Origin: Octopus sinensis
Taxonomy: Eukaryota
Direction: 5' to 3'
Length of the DNA stretch: 64,000 bases
Assembly: GCF_006345805.1 (NCBI RefSeq)
Contig: NC_043009.1
Location: 33,852,001 to 33,916,000 of the forward strand
A model generated the notes under the pieces. That model searched no databases, was not told the origin of the DNA, and saw nothing but the letters and a program-made list of their open reading frames with translations. Made by a program: the position numbers and the translations under genes. How positions within the stretch are numbered: position 1 is the first letter of the stretch; each line of letters starts with the position of its first letter. Positions 34,202 through 48,000 of this stretch are shown here, in pieces.

Positions 34202-35637
34202 CTGTAAAAAAGTAAAAAACAAACATATGAAAAATAAATTAGAAGAAAGTATTTTCAAACTTTAAAATATTAATATAGGTAAGAAAACCCAAACATTTTT
34301 TATTTTAGTTTTAGTCATTACAATACAGGCATACCAGAACACTGCAGCCTACAAAGATTTTAGGTAGTTAACTATACTGACTTCCCAATCTCTGTATGGT
34401 GCTTATTTTATTAATCTTGGAAAGATAAAAGGCAAAGATGGTGTATGTGAGATCTGAATTCAGAATATAATAAAATAATGTAAGAGTGTATTTTGTTGAA
34501 ATGCTCTTCTAATTTGGTCAATCTACCATAAAAATTGTGTTCAAAGTGGACATTTTTGGAGCCCTTAACTCTAAGTTATATTGTTCACTCAAGCAGAGTT
34601 AGCTGTACCTTGCCCAGAGAAACAACACACTAGTTGTATGTTGTAAAAGACAGTAATTTTCTCCATTCTTATGACCTGCTTCAGAGGCCCAGAGACAGGC
34701 CAAGAGTATCTATTTTCTTCTAAATGAATGATTACTCTTTTACTTGTTTCGGTCATTTGACTGCAGCCATGCTGGAGCACCACCTTTAATTGAGCAACTC
34801 GACCCCGGGTCTTATTCTTTGTAAGCCCAGTACTTATTCTATCAGTCTCTTTTGCTGAACCGCTAAGTGACGGGGACATAAACACACCAGCATCGGTTGT
34901 CAAGCGATGTTGGATGGGACAAACACAGACACACAAACATACACGCACACATACATAAATATATATATATATACATATATACGACGGGCTTCTTTCAGTT
35001 TCCGTCTACCAAATCCACTCACAAGGCTTTGGTTGGCCCGAGGCTATAGTAGAAGACACTTGCCCAAGGTGCCATGCAGTGGGACTGAACCTGGAAACAT
35101 GTGGTTGGTAAACAAGCTACTTACCACACAGCCACTCCTGCACCTAATCTATATTGTCTATATTCTTTTATTCTTTTAATTGTTTCCGTCATTTGACTGC
35201 AGCCATGCTGGAGCACCGCCTTTAGTTGAACAAATCAACCCCAGGACTTATTCTTTGTAAGCCTATTATTTATTCTATTAGTATCTTTTGCCAAGCTCCT
35301 AAGTTACAGGGGGACATAAAAACACCAGCATTGGTTGTCAAGGGATGGTGGGAGGATAAACACCAACACACAAGCATACACACACATATATGATGGGTTT
35401 CTTCACGAATTTGCGTGAAAATATTTTTCTGGGAATGAATTACAATCTATAACATAGCTACAATGGGAAATTATTGCTCTGCTTTCTGAGCAGTCTCCAG
35501 GAAAAAATTAACTTGTATATTGAGGTATTACTATATATCCTTTAAAATATATAAATTGTATGCATTTTCCTTCATTTATTATATTTTTTCACTACAACTC
35601 TTCACACGGGGAAAATCTCCTCAACAGAACTGTTTTT

Positions 35638-35690
<53 letters not shown>

Positions 35691-35929
35691 TATACATACA
35701 TATATATAGATATACATACATATATATAGATATACATATATATATACATACATATATATAGATATACATATATATAGATATACATACATATATATAGATA
35801 TACATACATATATATATATACATATACATACATATATATATACATACATATATATACATATACATACATATATATATACATATACATACATATATATATA
35901 TATACATACATATATATATATATATACAT

Positions 35930-35960
<31 letters not shown>

Positions 35961-38900
35961 CATACTCAATTTAATTAAACAACCAATAAAAAAATGAATA
36001 ATAAAATTAACAACCAACAAGCGGATGTGCACAAGGAATGTATTAGCTTGATACCTGGACATATATATATATATATATAGCTACATAAATATATATATAT
36101 ATATATATATATGCATTGTATCTGCACAAAAAACTTTATGCTTGTCAAATAATTTGACATGACATATACTTATTGTGACAACGACAAAATATACTTATCT
36201 TCACATTTAAATTTTGTTTGTTTTTTGATTGCTAATTACCATATGACCTTTATCTGAGGGAGTTGAGATATAATACACTGGCTGATGTTAATTCTAGAAT
36301 GATGGTTCAGTAACATGGATATTCAGAGTTATTTAAAATCAAACTTACTTTGTATCTTCCCGAATAATGTGTGTAACCCTGGATTTTCCAGCACCACAAG
36401 GTTCAATGAGATAGTGAGATTCTAAGATGATACCTTCCACACCAGATATCTTGACTTTGGGATGTCGTACTGAGTGAGTCAATAGTAAACAAGCTCCCTT
36501 AGAAAGGTCTGTTCTCCACGATCTGATAATAAATAAAACATGTTCAGAGGAAGATAAACTATGTTATTGTCATAATAAAATGTAAACTGAATTTGTTGAA
36601 CAATGTAGACAGACATTGTGGTACATAGGATTAGGTTTGTTGAAAATTAGTACTATTGTTTAGTACCTAAAACTGTGTTATGGACAGGTACATAAGGCGG
36701 TGAGCTGGTAGAAACGTTAGCACGCCAGGCAAAATGCTTAGTGGTATTTCGTCTGCAGTTATGTTCTGAGTTTGAATTCCGCCGAGGTCGACTTTGCCTT
36801 TCATCCTTTCGGGGTTGATTAAGTAAGTACTAGTTACGCACTGGGGTTGATATAATCGACTTAATCCGTTTGTCTGTACTTGTTTGTCCTCTTTGTGTTT
36901 AGCCCCTTGTGGGTAGTAAAGAAAGAGGTACATAAGAATGGGTTAATTAAACAACAGTAGATAGACAGAGCAGGACATAGTTCCTGGGTCTATTCAACAA
37001 CTGTTTATAGGATTGGGTTTATTGAATGACAGTGGACAGACATTATTACATAGGATTGTGTCTGTCGAACAGCAGTGGAGACACAATGTGGTATATAAGA
37101 CTGGGTTTATTAACAACAATGGACAGACAATATGGTGCATGAGACTTAATCTGCTAAACAACAGTAGACAGACAATGTGGTACATAAGACTGGAGTTGTT
37201 GAACAACAGTGGATAGAGAGTGTAGTACACTGAATGTATTAGTTTAACAAAAGTAGGCATACTGTGTGGTACATAAGAAAGAGCTTGTTAAACAGTTGTA
37301 GATAGACATTTTGGTGCAGTAGGCTGGGTGTCTGGAACAATGGTGAACAACAATGAACAGACACTGTGATGCATAAGACCAGGTCAACTTAATCCCTCTT
37401 GCCACGCTGTGTATTCACTGTTGCTCAGTAAAACTATCCTCATGTACCAATCATTGTTAAAAACACTCAGTCCCTTCTAAGATTTGGTAAATCTAATTCT
37501 ATGTACTTATGTATCACACAGTTTCTCCACCGTTGTCCAGTAAACCCAGTCCTCTCTACCATAATGCATGTCCACTGTTGTTCAGTACAGCTGAGTTTAC
37601 TTAATTGGACAAATAACAGAGCATAAGATGGAGTGTACTGAACACTTAACAGAGAGTGTGTTTGTACATAGCACTGGTCTACTGAAAGGCTGCGATTATT
37701 GAACAACAGTAGACAGAAAATGTGTTATATGTGTGATTTACTGAACAAACGTGGGCTGACAGCATGGAATTGTTGAAAAGCAGTGGATAATATAGGACTG
37801 AGTTTATTGATTATTACCGTTATTATGTTTTTATGATTGGATTCATGGAAGAAGAAAGTACAGACAATGGTATATAGAACTGGTTTTATTGAACAGTAGA
37901 GGACTGGTATGTTGTATATAGGATTAGTTTTATTGAATAACAGTGTGATACATGAGACTAGGCATATTGAATCACAGTTGGCATTGTGGTACATATAACT
38001 GGATTTTATGAACATCAGTGGTCAGAAAATAGTACATAACATTGGGTTTATAAAAGAATAGTAGAAAGACAGTGTTACATAAACTTGGATTTATCCAACA
38101 ACAGTAGACAGGCAGTGGCACACAAAATATTGGGTTTATTGAATAGCAATGGATAGTCAGCAAGGTTCAATGGAACCAGTTCTGTGGACCACATGTCAGT
38201 CTATCATTGTTCAAAAGACCCAGTCTTATGTACCATACTATCAGTCCACTGTTCAGTAAACTTAAGACAATTGAACCAAAGTAGATAAACATTGTAGTAC
38301 ATATTGGAATTGTTGAATGATAGTGAACATACAGTGGTACACAGGACTGGGTTTATTGAACAGCAGACAATATGGTATGTAGGATTATGTTTGTTAAATA
38401 AAAGTTGGCAGGCAGTGGTATCTAGGACCAAGTTTACTAAACAATAGTGAATAGAAACAGTACATAGGACTAGGATTACTGAACAATAGAAGATTTATAG
38501 TGGTACATAAGACTGAGTTTATTGGACAACAGTAGACAGATTGTGGTACATAAGACTGTGTATAGATAACCTGACATTTAGGACTGGGTAGGTTGAATAA
38601 TCTGAAATACAACAATTATATTAGATGCCGTAAGAATGTGAAGTTAAGCCAGTGAGATTGTTAAAAGGCAGAGAAAACTTGAACAATGCAAAAGAAGATG
38701 AAGTAATCACCTGATCAAACAGTAATGTCGGCATGGATGTGGCGGCATACTGTTCCGTGTGTACTGGAATATGTCTGTGTGATTGTCCAGCTTCTCAACA
38801 ACACCGCTCCCATTGAGGTCTTCATCCCACAAACTCCTGTAGTATAACAATAAAATAAATATATATTTATATATACAGTATTTGTGAAGAATAGCTTCAT

Positions 38901-41900
38901 TGTATAGATTATCCAGAGTATAAGAGTACAAGTACGGGGTATAACCATACATTCACGCCTGTGCATAGATGTGTATATCTATATGCATGGATGTATAATT
39001 ATATTTATGAACATGAATATGTATTTGTATGTATGCGCATGGAATTTAGTGTGTGCATATAAGATAAAGAAAAAGCCGACATGTGGTTACCTTTCTGTAA
39101 GAATTCTGTTCAAGACTTCTTCAGGCGGGGCTTCCATTTCAGTGAGACACATCCATTGTCGTAACAGATCATCTGTCTTCTTATAGGCTATGTCAATTCC
39201 ATTGATAGAAGGACACACATTCCAGTTACGAAATTTTTCCCGGCATTCCTAAAAATTGAGTTTCACAGCTGATGTTTTATATGGATAGTTTTTAATTGAC
39301 AGATGATATGTAACAGGAATCTGTATGTGACAATCTAACAAAGTAACACAAGATATATTAATTTACCAGAAAAGTTAGCATTTTCACAAAAGAGGTGTTG
39401 ATATAAGAGACAAAATAATTATTGAACAAGCTATGTTAGTATAACAGAGAAACTAACCTTTTCACTCAAGATATGTTATCATAACACAATATAATACTAT
39501 TATTTGGTCCTATTATAGGTTTTCGTCACTGGACTGTTGGCACTTTCAAAATTTGTTTAGTCCATTATGTTAATCTCAGTACTTTATATAGTAACTTTTT
39601 TTTTCTACTTGGCTCATATATACTGACAGAGAATTCAATCCAGAATCTGCTGAAGTCAACCAGTCATTACTGATCAGGCAATAGAAGTTGCTGGAGCTGA
39701 CCGGTCAGTATAAAAAACTTTTGATTGGTGTTTTCAGGCGATTATAGTCCCTGTCAGCATATATGTATACAATTATGTACTCTGACTACAACATTAGAGC
39801 ATTTTAGCTCTTATTTTTTGCAATGTAGGTATTTCTAACCCTAGCCATATTTAGTGACAATTATAGTTTTCCTTTTTGGTAAAACATTGCACACTGCTGT
39901 CTATATTAATTTTCTGTATACACATTGACGATTCATTAAATCATCCATAGATTTTTATAGTGAAAACATATATACTGACAGAAAATTCAGTCCGGAATCT
40001 GCTGAAGTCGAGCCAGTCCTTACTGATGAGGCAACAGAAATTGCCGAAACTGACTGGTCAGTATAAGGAATTCTTGATTGGTGTTTTCAGGTAACTATAG
40101 TCCCCCTCAGTATAAATGTATACAATTATGTGCTTTGACTACAGTATATATATAAATATATATGTGTGTTTGTGTGTGCGTGCACACAAACACATGCACA
40201 AATTGCAGATTTCTGCACAGTTTTCACCAACAATTTTATTCGCAAGGGTTTGGTTGATCAAGAATTTAAAGTGTGATGCAACGTAATTGAATCCTGGACC
40301 ATTTAGTTGCCTTCCCTGTCAAATATTTAATCACCCAACCAGGCTTATGTCTGTAGCAAAATAGTAATAAAATATTATCACAAAATGGTAGTAAAAATGA
40401 AGATATAACATACTGTAAAAAAAAAAATGAAAGAAATTATAAATAATATGAAAGTCTTACCTTAAATAAAACTTGATAATGTTTATCAATGAACAAGTTT
40501 GGTTTACCATTTACATGATCAAAATCTTTTATTTCCATTGGGTTGTGTATATCACTAACAGAGAATCTACATTTAGCGATTGTTTCTTGTGGTACCTAAA
40601 TGGCAGTTAAAAAGAAGCAGATAAGGCTGGATGAAGATTTATTTGCAGTACAAATTTATGGCTGGATGCTCTTCTTGTTGGCCAACCCTTACCTTTTTTT
40701 GTAAGTAAAAGATTTTTTTTTACTCCACAGGCCGTTGCCAGCCTCGTCTGGCACCTGTGCAGGTGGCACGTAAAAAGCATCCACTACACTCATGGAGTGG
40801 TTGGCGTTAGGAAGGGCATCCAGCTGTAGAAACACTGCCAGATCAGACTGGGCCTGGCACAGCCTACTGGCTTCTCAGACCCCGGTTGAACCGTCCAACC
40901 AATGCTAGCATGGAAAACGGACGTTAAACGATGATGAGGTCTTCAGAAGTGCAGAGAGAGACAGGTCATGAAGGAAGGTAAACAGTACACTACTGGCAAT
41001 GACAAGTGAAGTCATGCATGTTCATACATATGCATACATTGGACTATGAACAACATCATTGGAACATGACGCATACATTTCTGTGCCAATGTACATCATC
41101 AGCTACAAATACTGAATTTGTCTTCCATAACCCTATAAGAACAATAGTTCTTATGAATAAGAACAGTAAATAGTACATTTACTGATGTATGCAGCACCGA
41201 ATAACATATAATCAAGTGCTGTGCATGGACAATTGCCACTTGGAACATTGCCCAAGTGTGAACATCACCACCAGGAAAACTACCCAGTAAAAATTTTACT
41301 TTCACACCTGTCTACAATTATAAATGGAATATGTTCGTGTTTGTGTGTGCATACAGATGTGTATGTATGCACATACATACACATTTATAGGCACAAAACA
41401 CGCACACACATATTCCACTTATAATTGTAGACAGGTGTAAAACTAAAAATTTTACTGAATATTTCTCAGTGACAATGCTCCCATCTGGAGAGTTTTCCCA
41501 GTGGCAATGTTCACAGATGGGCTATGTTCCAAGTGGAATTTCTCTCACATGGGCAATGATCCCAGTGGAAACTATCCAAGAGCCATTGTGTACAACAATA
41601 TTTAAGACATTTGCTACTTTTGCAACTTGAGTTATTTAATTCCAGTTTGATCACGCTTTACATATAAATGTACTATTTACTGTTCTTATAAATAAGAACT
41701 AGCATTCTTATAGGACTGTGGAAGATAAATTCAGTGTTTGTAGTTGATGACATGCAGTGACACAGAAACACATATCTTCTATATTCTGATGATGTTATGT
41801 GTAACCCAATATGTTTTCACACATCTATTTGTAATAATTTTCTCCCAGGTCTGTTTTCTTAGCAAAAGATCTTCCTACATTTCAACGTACAAGAACATGT

Positions 41901-44900
41901 TTGAACAGGATTATATTTTATTAATGCTGCTTTGTGTTGTGTTAACTCTAGTTATTAATTCCAACTTGACCAAACTTTATGTACATCAGAAAATATACTA
42001 TTTACTATTCTTCTAAATAAGAACTACTGTTCTTACAGAGCTGTGGAAGATGAATTCAGTGTCCATAGCTGATGATGCACATTGATGCTGAAATGCATGT
42101 GTTTTACAATCTGGTGATATTCATAGACCGATATGTATTCTGCAGTGAAAGGTTTTCCCAAATCTGAGTGTGTTTTTTAGAGGTCATACTCTTTTACTTG
42201 TTTTAGTCATTTGACTCTGGTTATGCTGGAGCACTGCCTTTAGTTAAGCAAATCGACCCCAGGACTTATTCTTTGTAAGCCTAGTACTTATTCTATCAGT
42301 CTCTTTTGCCAAACCGCTAAGTGACGGGGACATAAACACACCAGCATCGGTTGTCAAGCGATGTTGGGGGGACAAATACAGGCACACGAACTTATACACA
42401 CACATACATATATATATACATATATACGATGGGCTTCTTTCAGTTTCCGTCCACCAAATCCACTCACAAGGCTTTGGTCGGCCCGAGGCTATAGTAGAAG
42501 ACACTTGCCCAAGGTGTCATGCAGTGGGACTGAACCCCGAGCCATGTGGTTCGTAAACAAGCTACTTACCACACAGCCACTCCTACACCTAAATAAATAT
42601 AAACTTTGATAATAGTGACAGGGCAGTAAAGAGGACTTAGACAGTTAAATGCATGCAAAGGTCAGGTGGTGTTAAACTGGGTGTTGGATTAAGTCTACCA
42701 CTCAGAGATTAACTTTCAAACACTTGAGTCTACATAACCAACTTTAATTACCACAAGAGTAGCAGCAATTACTCTTAAGAGTTTCATTAGCCACTTGGGA
42801 CAACTTAAGATGTTTCAAATAGAGCTAATCAGTACTGTATTGTATGTGTTATGGTTCTTATGTAGACATAATTATGGTCTGTTAGTCACACCTGGTCATC
42901 TGGCCAATCATCTGCATGCCAGAGACATACTTAACTCTCTCATGGCCATATTTCTCATGAAATACAAGTGTTTCAATTAATTTTTAAAATAATCAAGAAT
43001 TTGATGGATTTAGAAAAATAACTAAACTTTAGCTAGTTGCTATAGAATAATTTGATGGAGAGAGGTTCAAAATCTGCAAGACAGCTTCTCAATCCAGAGG
43101 GAGGACATCACCTTCTCCATATTTAGCAGCTGTCTAGAAGGCTTTGGACTGCTTTCTGTTGAATTTTTCTACAACTAGCTTAATTATGGCTTTACAATCA
43201 AAGTGGACATAACTCTAATTTTCATTCCTTTTCTGTTTATATTCTCCCTTCCATTTTTTGTATTTACCTTCGTCTTGTTTTTTCTCGTGATTTGTCTCAT
43301 ATCAGCATCCTGATTTACAAATTGAATAAACTATGTGCTCAGAACTAGAAGATTAATTGAAGGCACAAGGTAGTTATAAAAACCTGCCTAGACCCATATA
43401 GCAGATTTGTAATTTAAGCACGGAAAATGGGTTCAAAATTTTGAAAATTAAGGCAAGATTTTTGAAGTTGACAAAATAGGAGAAAATATGAGAAAAGGCG
43501 AGAAATAGATGTAAAAGGTGGAAAGTTGAAAACACTGGAAAACGAAAAAGGAAAAAAGAGAGGAAGAAATTAGAATTATGTCCCCTTTGACTGTAAAGCC
43601 ATAAGATTGAATAGATAGTGGCCTAGATTCTGCAGTACAGCTACTCAATTTGGAGAGGGTGCTATTTTCCAATTTGTCAACAGGAACTTGCCTGTATGTT
43701 TACATCTGCAGAAAATTTGAGATATGGAATTCAGCATTGTGGTGGAGTTCTTAGATCTGAAAAGGATCTGTGATCTTTCAATTATGCATAGTTTAGGTTT
43801 TTTTGATCCACTGACATATGGTGTGTACTTTTCACGTATTTTCCACTTGATTGTATGTGGTGTGGTGTTTGACTTCAAACTTCATACCTGGCTAGCCAAC
43901 TTCACACCAGAAGGAAGATATGTGATTAGCATAGTGATTTTTGACGTTGCCTTCAAATAATCTAATGTAGCTTTTCATTTCAGTTTTATCATCTAGCATT
44001 GCTGTAATTTCTGCCTCATATATGATGGATTTAACTATCCACTCCTTGTCAAGTGGACAGGTTCCTGAGTCTCGACAGTTATAATAGGGAGTAAGCTGTT
44101 GGTCATGTTTGCATGTAATAATGCTCTTCATACTGGGGCAGCAGCTATAGGATAATTTAACTGAGTGCCTACTGAATATTTTTCTGTACCTGTGATTTAT
44201 GGGAAAGTGTTTGCCTAAGAGAGACAATAATCTTTTACCTATGTTGGTTTTAACATTGAGGGAAAATGGGAGTGTGGCCCAAATTATTCTCTACATCTAT
44301 TTTTAGGTCTTTTTTTTTTTGTTATTCTTATTATTACTAGAGGGTTGTAAATAGATTCATCATTAAAGTCACAACTGGCTACAGCATTGTTGTTGTAGGG
44401 GGCTGCATTCTTGAAAATTTCTTTGGAGGAAAAGATATTCAGTTACTTATTATGGCTCTCAGGTTTTTATGGGGTGGAGTGCATGACAAGACTGTGTACG
44501 TATGAAAGTTTCTCATTGGGTAAGGTTTATAAGAGGAAAAGTTTAGGTCTGTAGAAACATCTAAAAAAATCAACTTTTGATGGATTAGTACTCACAGAGA
44601 AAAGGGATTTTGAGTTTTCAATCATAAAGACAAGACATTCATGGGCAGGTTCCAGCACTTCTTTGGAATCAGGAACACCTATTTGTTTCTTGTTTCTCAA
44701 TAAGCTTGGACTGTTAGTACTCTTCAGACTGATTACATTGAACAGAGAAGGGGCAAAACACACTGCCAGATTGCTTGCTGTCATCTGTCATAATAATTTA
44801 AAAAAAATAATAATAATGATAAAAGTAATAATAATAATAATAATTGTGATGCATGTGCCTGGTGTACCCTTATCAGACGGGTAGTCATGATGGGTATACT

Positions 44901-44957
44901 GGGCTTCGTATATTTTACCCCAGTGTCACTTTGATGGCATGCTCTGCTCGCTCACTC

Positions 44958-45010
<53 letters not shown>

Positions 45011-48000
45011 TAATAATAATAGGGAAGGCCCACACTGAATAACAACATGAATGTACTAAACCAGGCTCTTCATTAAAAAAACAAATCTAATCCAATAACA
45101 TCATTCGAATTAGATAAAGGAACCTGAGGAAAACTTGAAGGAAGCGGCCTTTTAACGAAAATACTAAGAAAAGAAATGAAATTTTACTGCCATACAAACT
45201 ACAGTTTCTCCTACACATGGTGTCTCAATGAAACATATGCAAAACACACACGCGATATCAGCAACGGAAAGTGTACAAATTATAAAATAGAAACGGACCA
45301 AAAAAAAAAAATAGTGAGTACATAAATTGAGTAATTACGCATACACTCGAATGTCTACACAATCATATATACATTTTGATACCCATAGGACTACACATAC
45401 ATCCCAAAGTTTTACACAACTACGTGAAATTTACAGGGCACACACTCATGCACATGAAAGCATGTGTCACAAACCAAGCAAAAACAAAATCAAAACTTTC
45501 TTTGTTTTTCTTCTTATTTTATTTTCATTTTTTCGAACTAACACAGACAGAGTGAACCTTTCATAAGTTTAAAAAATACCACAAAAAAAAAAAAACTATG
45601 TTCGGAGATAAATCTATCAACAAAAAAAACAAAACAAAACAAAAAAACAGACGAATACAGATCTGCTAGCATTAAGAAGCTACGCTATGAACAATGTTTA
45701 CATGCAGAGAACATGGAGATGGTGTTGTCACAAAAACTTAACCCTAAACTGACAGATTTTTTTGTTTTCTTATTTTATTATCATTTTTTCGAACTAACAC
45801 AGACAGAGTGAACCCTTCATAAGTTTAAAAAACACCACCAAACAAAAAACTATGTTCGGAGATAAATCTATCAACAAAAAAAAAGAATACAGACGAATAC
45901 AGATCTGCTAGCCTTAAGAAGCTATGCTACGAACAATGTTTACATGCAGAGAACATGGAGATGGTGTTGTCGAAAAAAATTAAACCTAAACTGACAGATC
46001 CTAATGTAAGCTTCGAAGCTCGTCATGCCTCACTGTTAACAAAACAAATTACAAACCGCAATGGTCATTGATCAGATTACAAAAGACCACATACCCGAAT
46101 ATTGAACCAAATTCAGATTGAAAAATCAGCTACTGGTTCAAATCTTCCCGACACACAGGAGCTGGACATACCCCACAACAGAATTTTCCAAAAGATGGCC
46201 CTCCATGCCCGTCATCAAATAACCAAAAGAAAAAGAATGAAAAATGGTCCAGGGAAGATAATAAAGAAGTTCTTACGGCCTTCTACCATGCCATATATTT
46301 CCCCACAGATAAATCTAATACTGTACAAACCTACTTAAACTGGAGACAGAAACACCCTGAAGTAAGACCCTACATAGACAGTAACAAACTTGCCAATGTC
46401 AGAAGAAACATTATAAAAAAAAAATTACTGACTGAAGTAGAGATTGACCAAATTAAATAAGCAGTAATGGATAAAATGAACGAAGCTGCAGCTAAAGAAG
46501 ATAATACAGAGGAAACAATTATAGACCAGCCCAGGGCTGATAAAAACGCAGTAAGGATTGAAAAGTTAGTATAATTGATAGGCAAAGTGAAATACTCCCT
46601 GAACCAATCATAAACACTAAGACATTTGAAAATCAAATAGATGAAGAAAGTCACACAAATATTGACCCAACAGAACTACATGAGCTAAAAAATCAAATCA
46701 TGATTGAATGGCTGAAAATTAAAGAAACCAGTATGCGCCTACAGAGTATCTCAACAGTCATGATAGAGCTGCACAATATATTCACTGGGTAATTTGCAAA
46801 AGCCTGGGGCTTGCCCCATGATAAAAACTGGTGGGAACACAAACCACCTCCAGTGCTTGAAAATGATCACATCTCACTCCTCTGGAACTTCCCCATTCAA
46901 ACTGACAGAAAAATAGATGTGAATAGGCCAGACATCATACTGAAAGACTTCAGACAAAAAACATGCCACCTCATTGATATGACTGTCCCAATCAATATAA
47001 ACGTATCTGTCAAGACCTACCAAAAACTGAGCAAATATAAAGATCTTGAAATAGAAATCAGCAAAATGTGAAACCTCAATGTAATCTCAAGTTTTAAAAC
47101 AAACATAATTTTCGTATGGCTTTTTAGACATTCACTAGTACAACACTAAGTACAAAACCAAATATATGGCACTCTAGGCATAACACCAACATGAACTTCC
47201 AACTTGTTGTCTCTTGAGGTCTCTGGGTGAGACTTGGAGCCAACTTGTACAAATGTAAAGCAAAAGTCAAACATAGAATAATAATAATAATAATAATAAT
47301 AACAATAATAATAAATATGAATAACAATAACAACAATAACAATAATAATAATAAGATAAAACAATTTATTGAAAATACTGAAAAGGAGATTGGTCTTGAT
47401 AAATGCATTAAAACAATATTCTTCAGGGGAAACACCTGAAAATGTACAACACAACACACAGAAAAGTTTATCATCATCAAAGAATTAAATCCTGAAAACA
47501 AAACAAAACAAATATTTAGGTGTATGTGAAGAAGATGGCCTCTAGCATTTACAAATGCATGGAAAAATACAGAAAGGATGTTATTTTATCCTAGAAAAAA
47601 TGCAGAAAGAATGTTATTCTATCCTAGAACACAAACTTAATGTATGAAACAGGATTGATGCAATTAATACCCTAGCCATATCTGATCTGACCTGAGCATG
47701 TAGGCACAGTGTGGGGTGTGTGGCTGTATGGTTTAGTTGCTTGCTTCCCAACCATATGGCCTTTGGTTCATTCCCCTTATGTAGCATCTCAAGCAAGTGT
47801 CTTCTATTATAGTCCTGGGCTGACCAAACATTGTGAGTTTGGTAGACAAGAAATGAAAGAAGCCTGTTGTATGTGTGTAGGTGCAAATGTGTGTTTGTGC
47901 TTGTTACTCATCATGACAACTAGTGTTGGTTTGTTTATGTCCCTGTAACTTAACAGTTCAGCAAAAAAGACTGATGGAATAAGTACCAGGGTTAAAAACA

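Larger units (their letters stand above)
39617..40143 (+). repeat. Direct repeat of about 175 bp (39617-39790 and 39969-40143) carrying the hammerheads
   Basis: atatactgacaga...gaatctgctgaagtc...ttgattggtgttttcagg...tgtatacaattatgt...tgactaca occurs twice. Confidence 0.85.

Noticed and set aside
36595-38620. 45-bp repeats as a CRISPR-like array
   Set aside because: Contiguous degenerate units with no unique spacers, in a eukaryotic intron, with no cas genes.
41040-41105. CTGATGA...GAAA...GTC on the minus strand (and the related 42068-42100) resembling a hammerhead
   Set aside because: No stem I, stem II opens with T-A, and the spacing is not preserved between copies.
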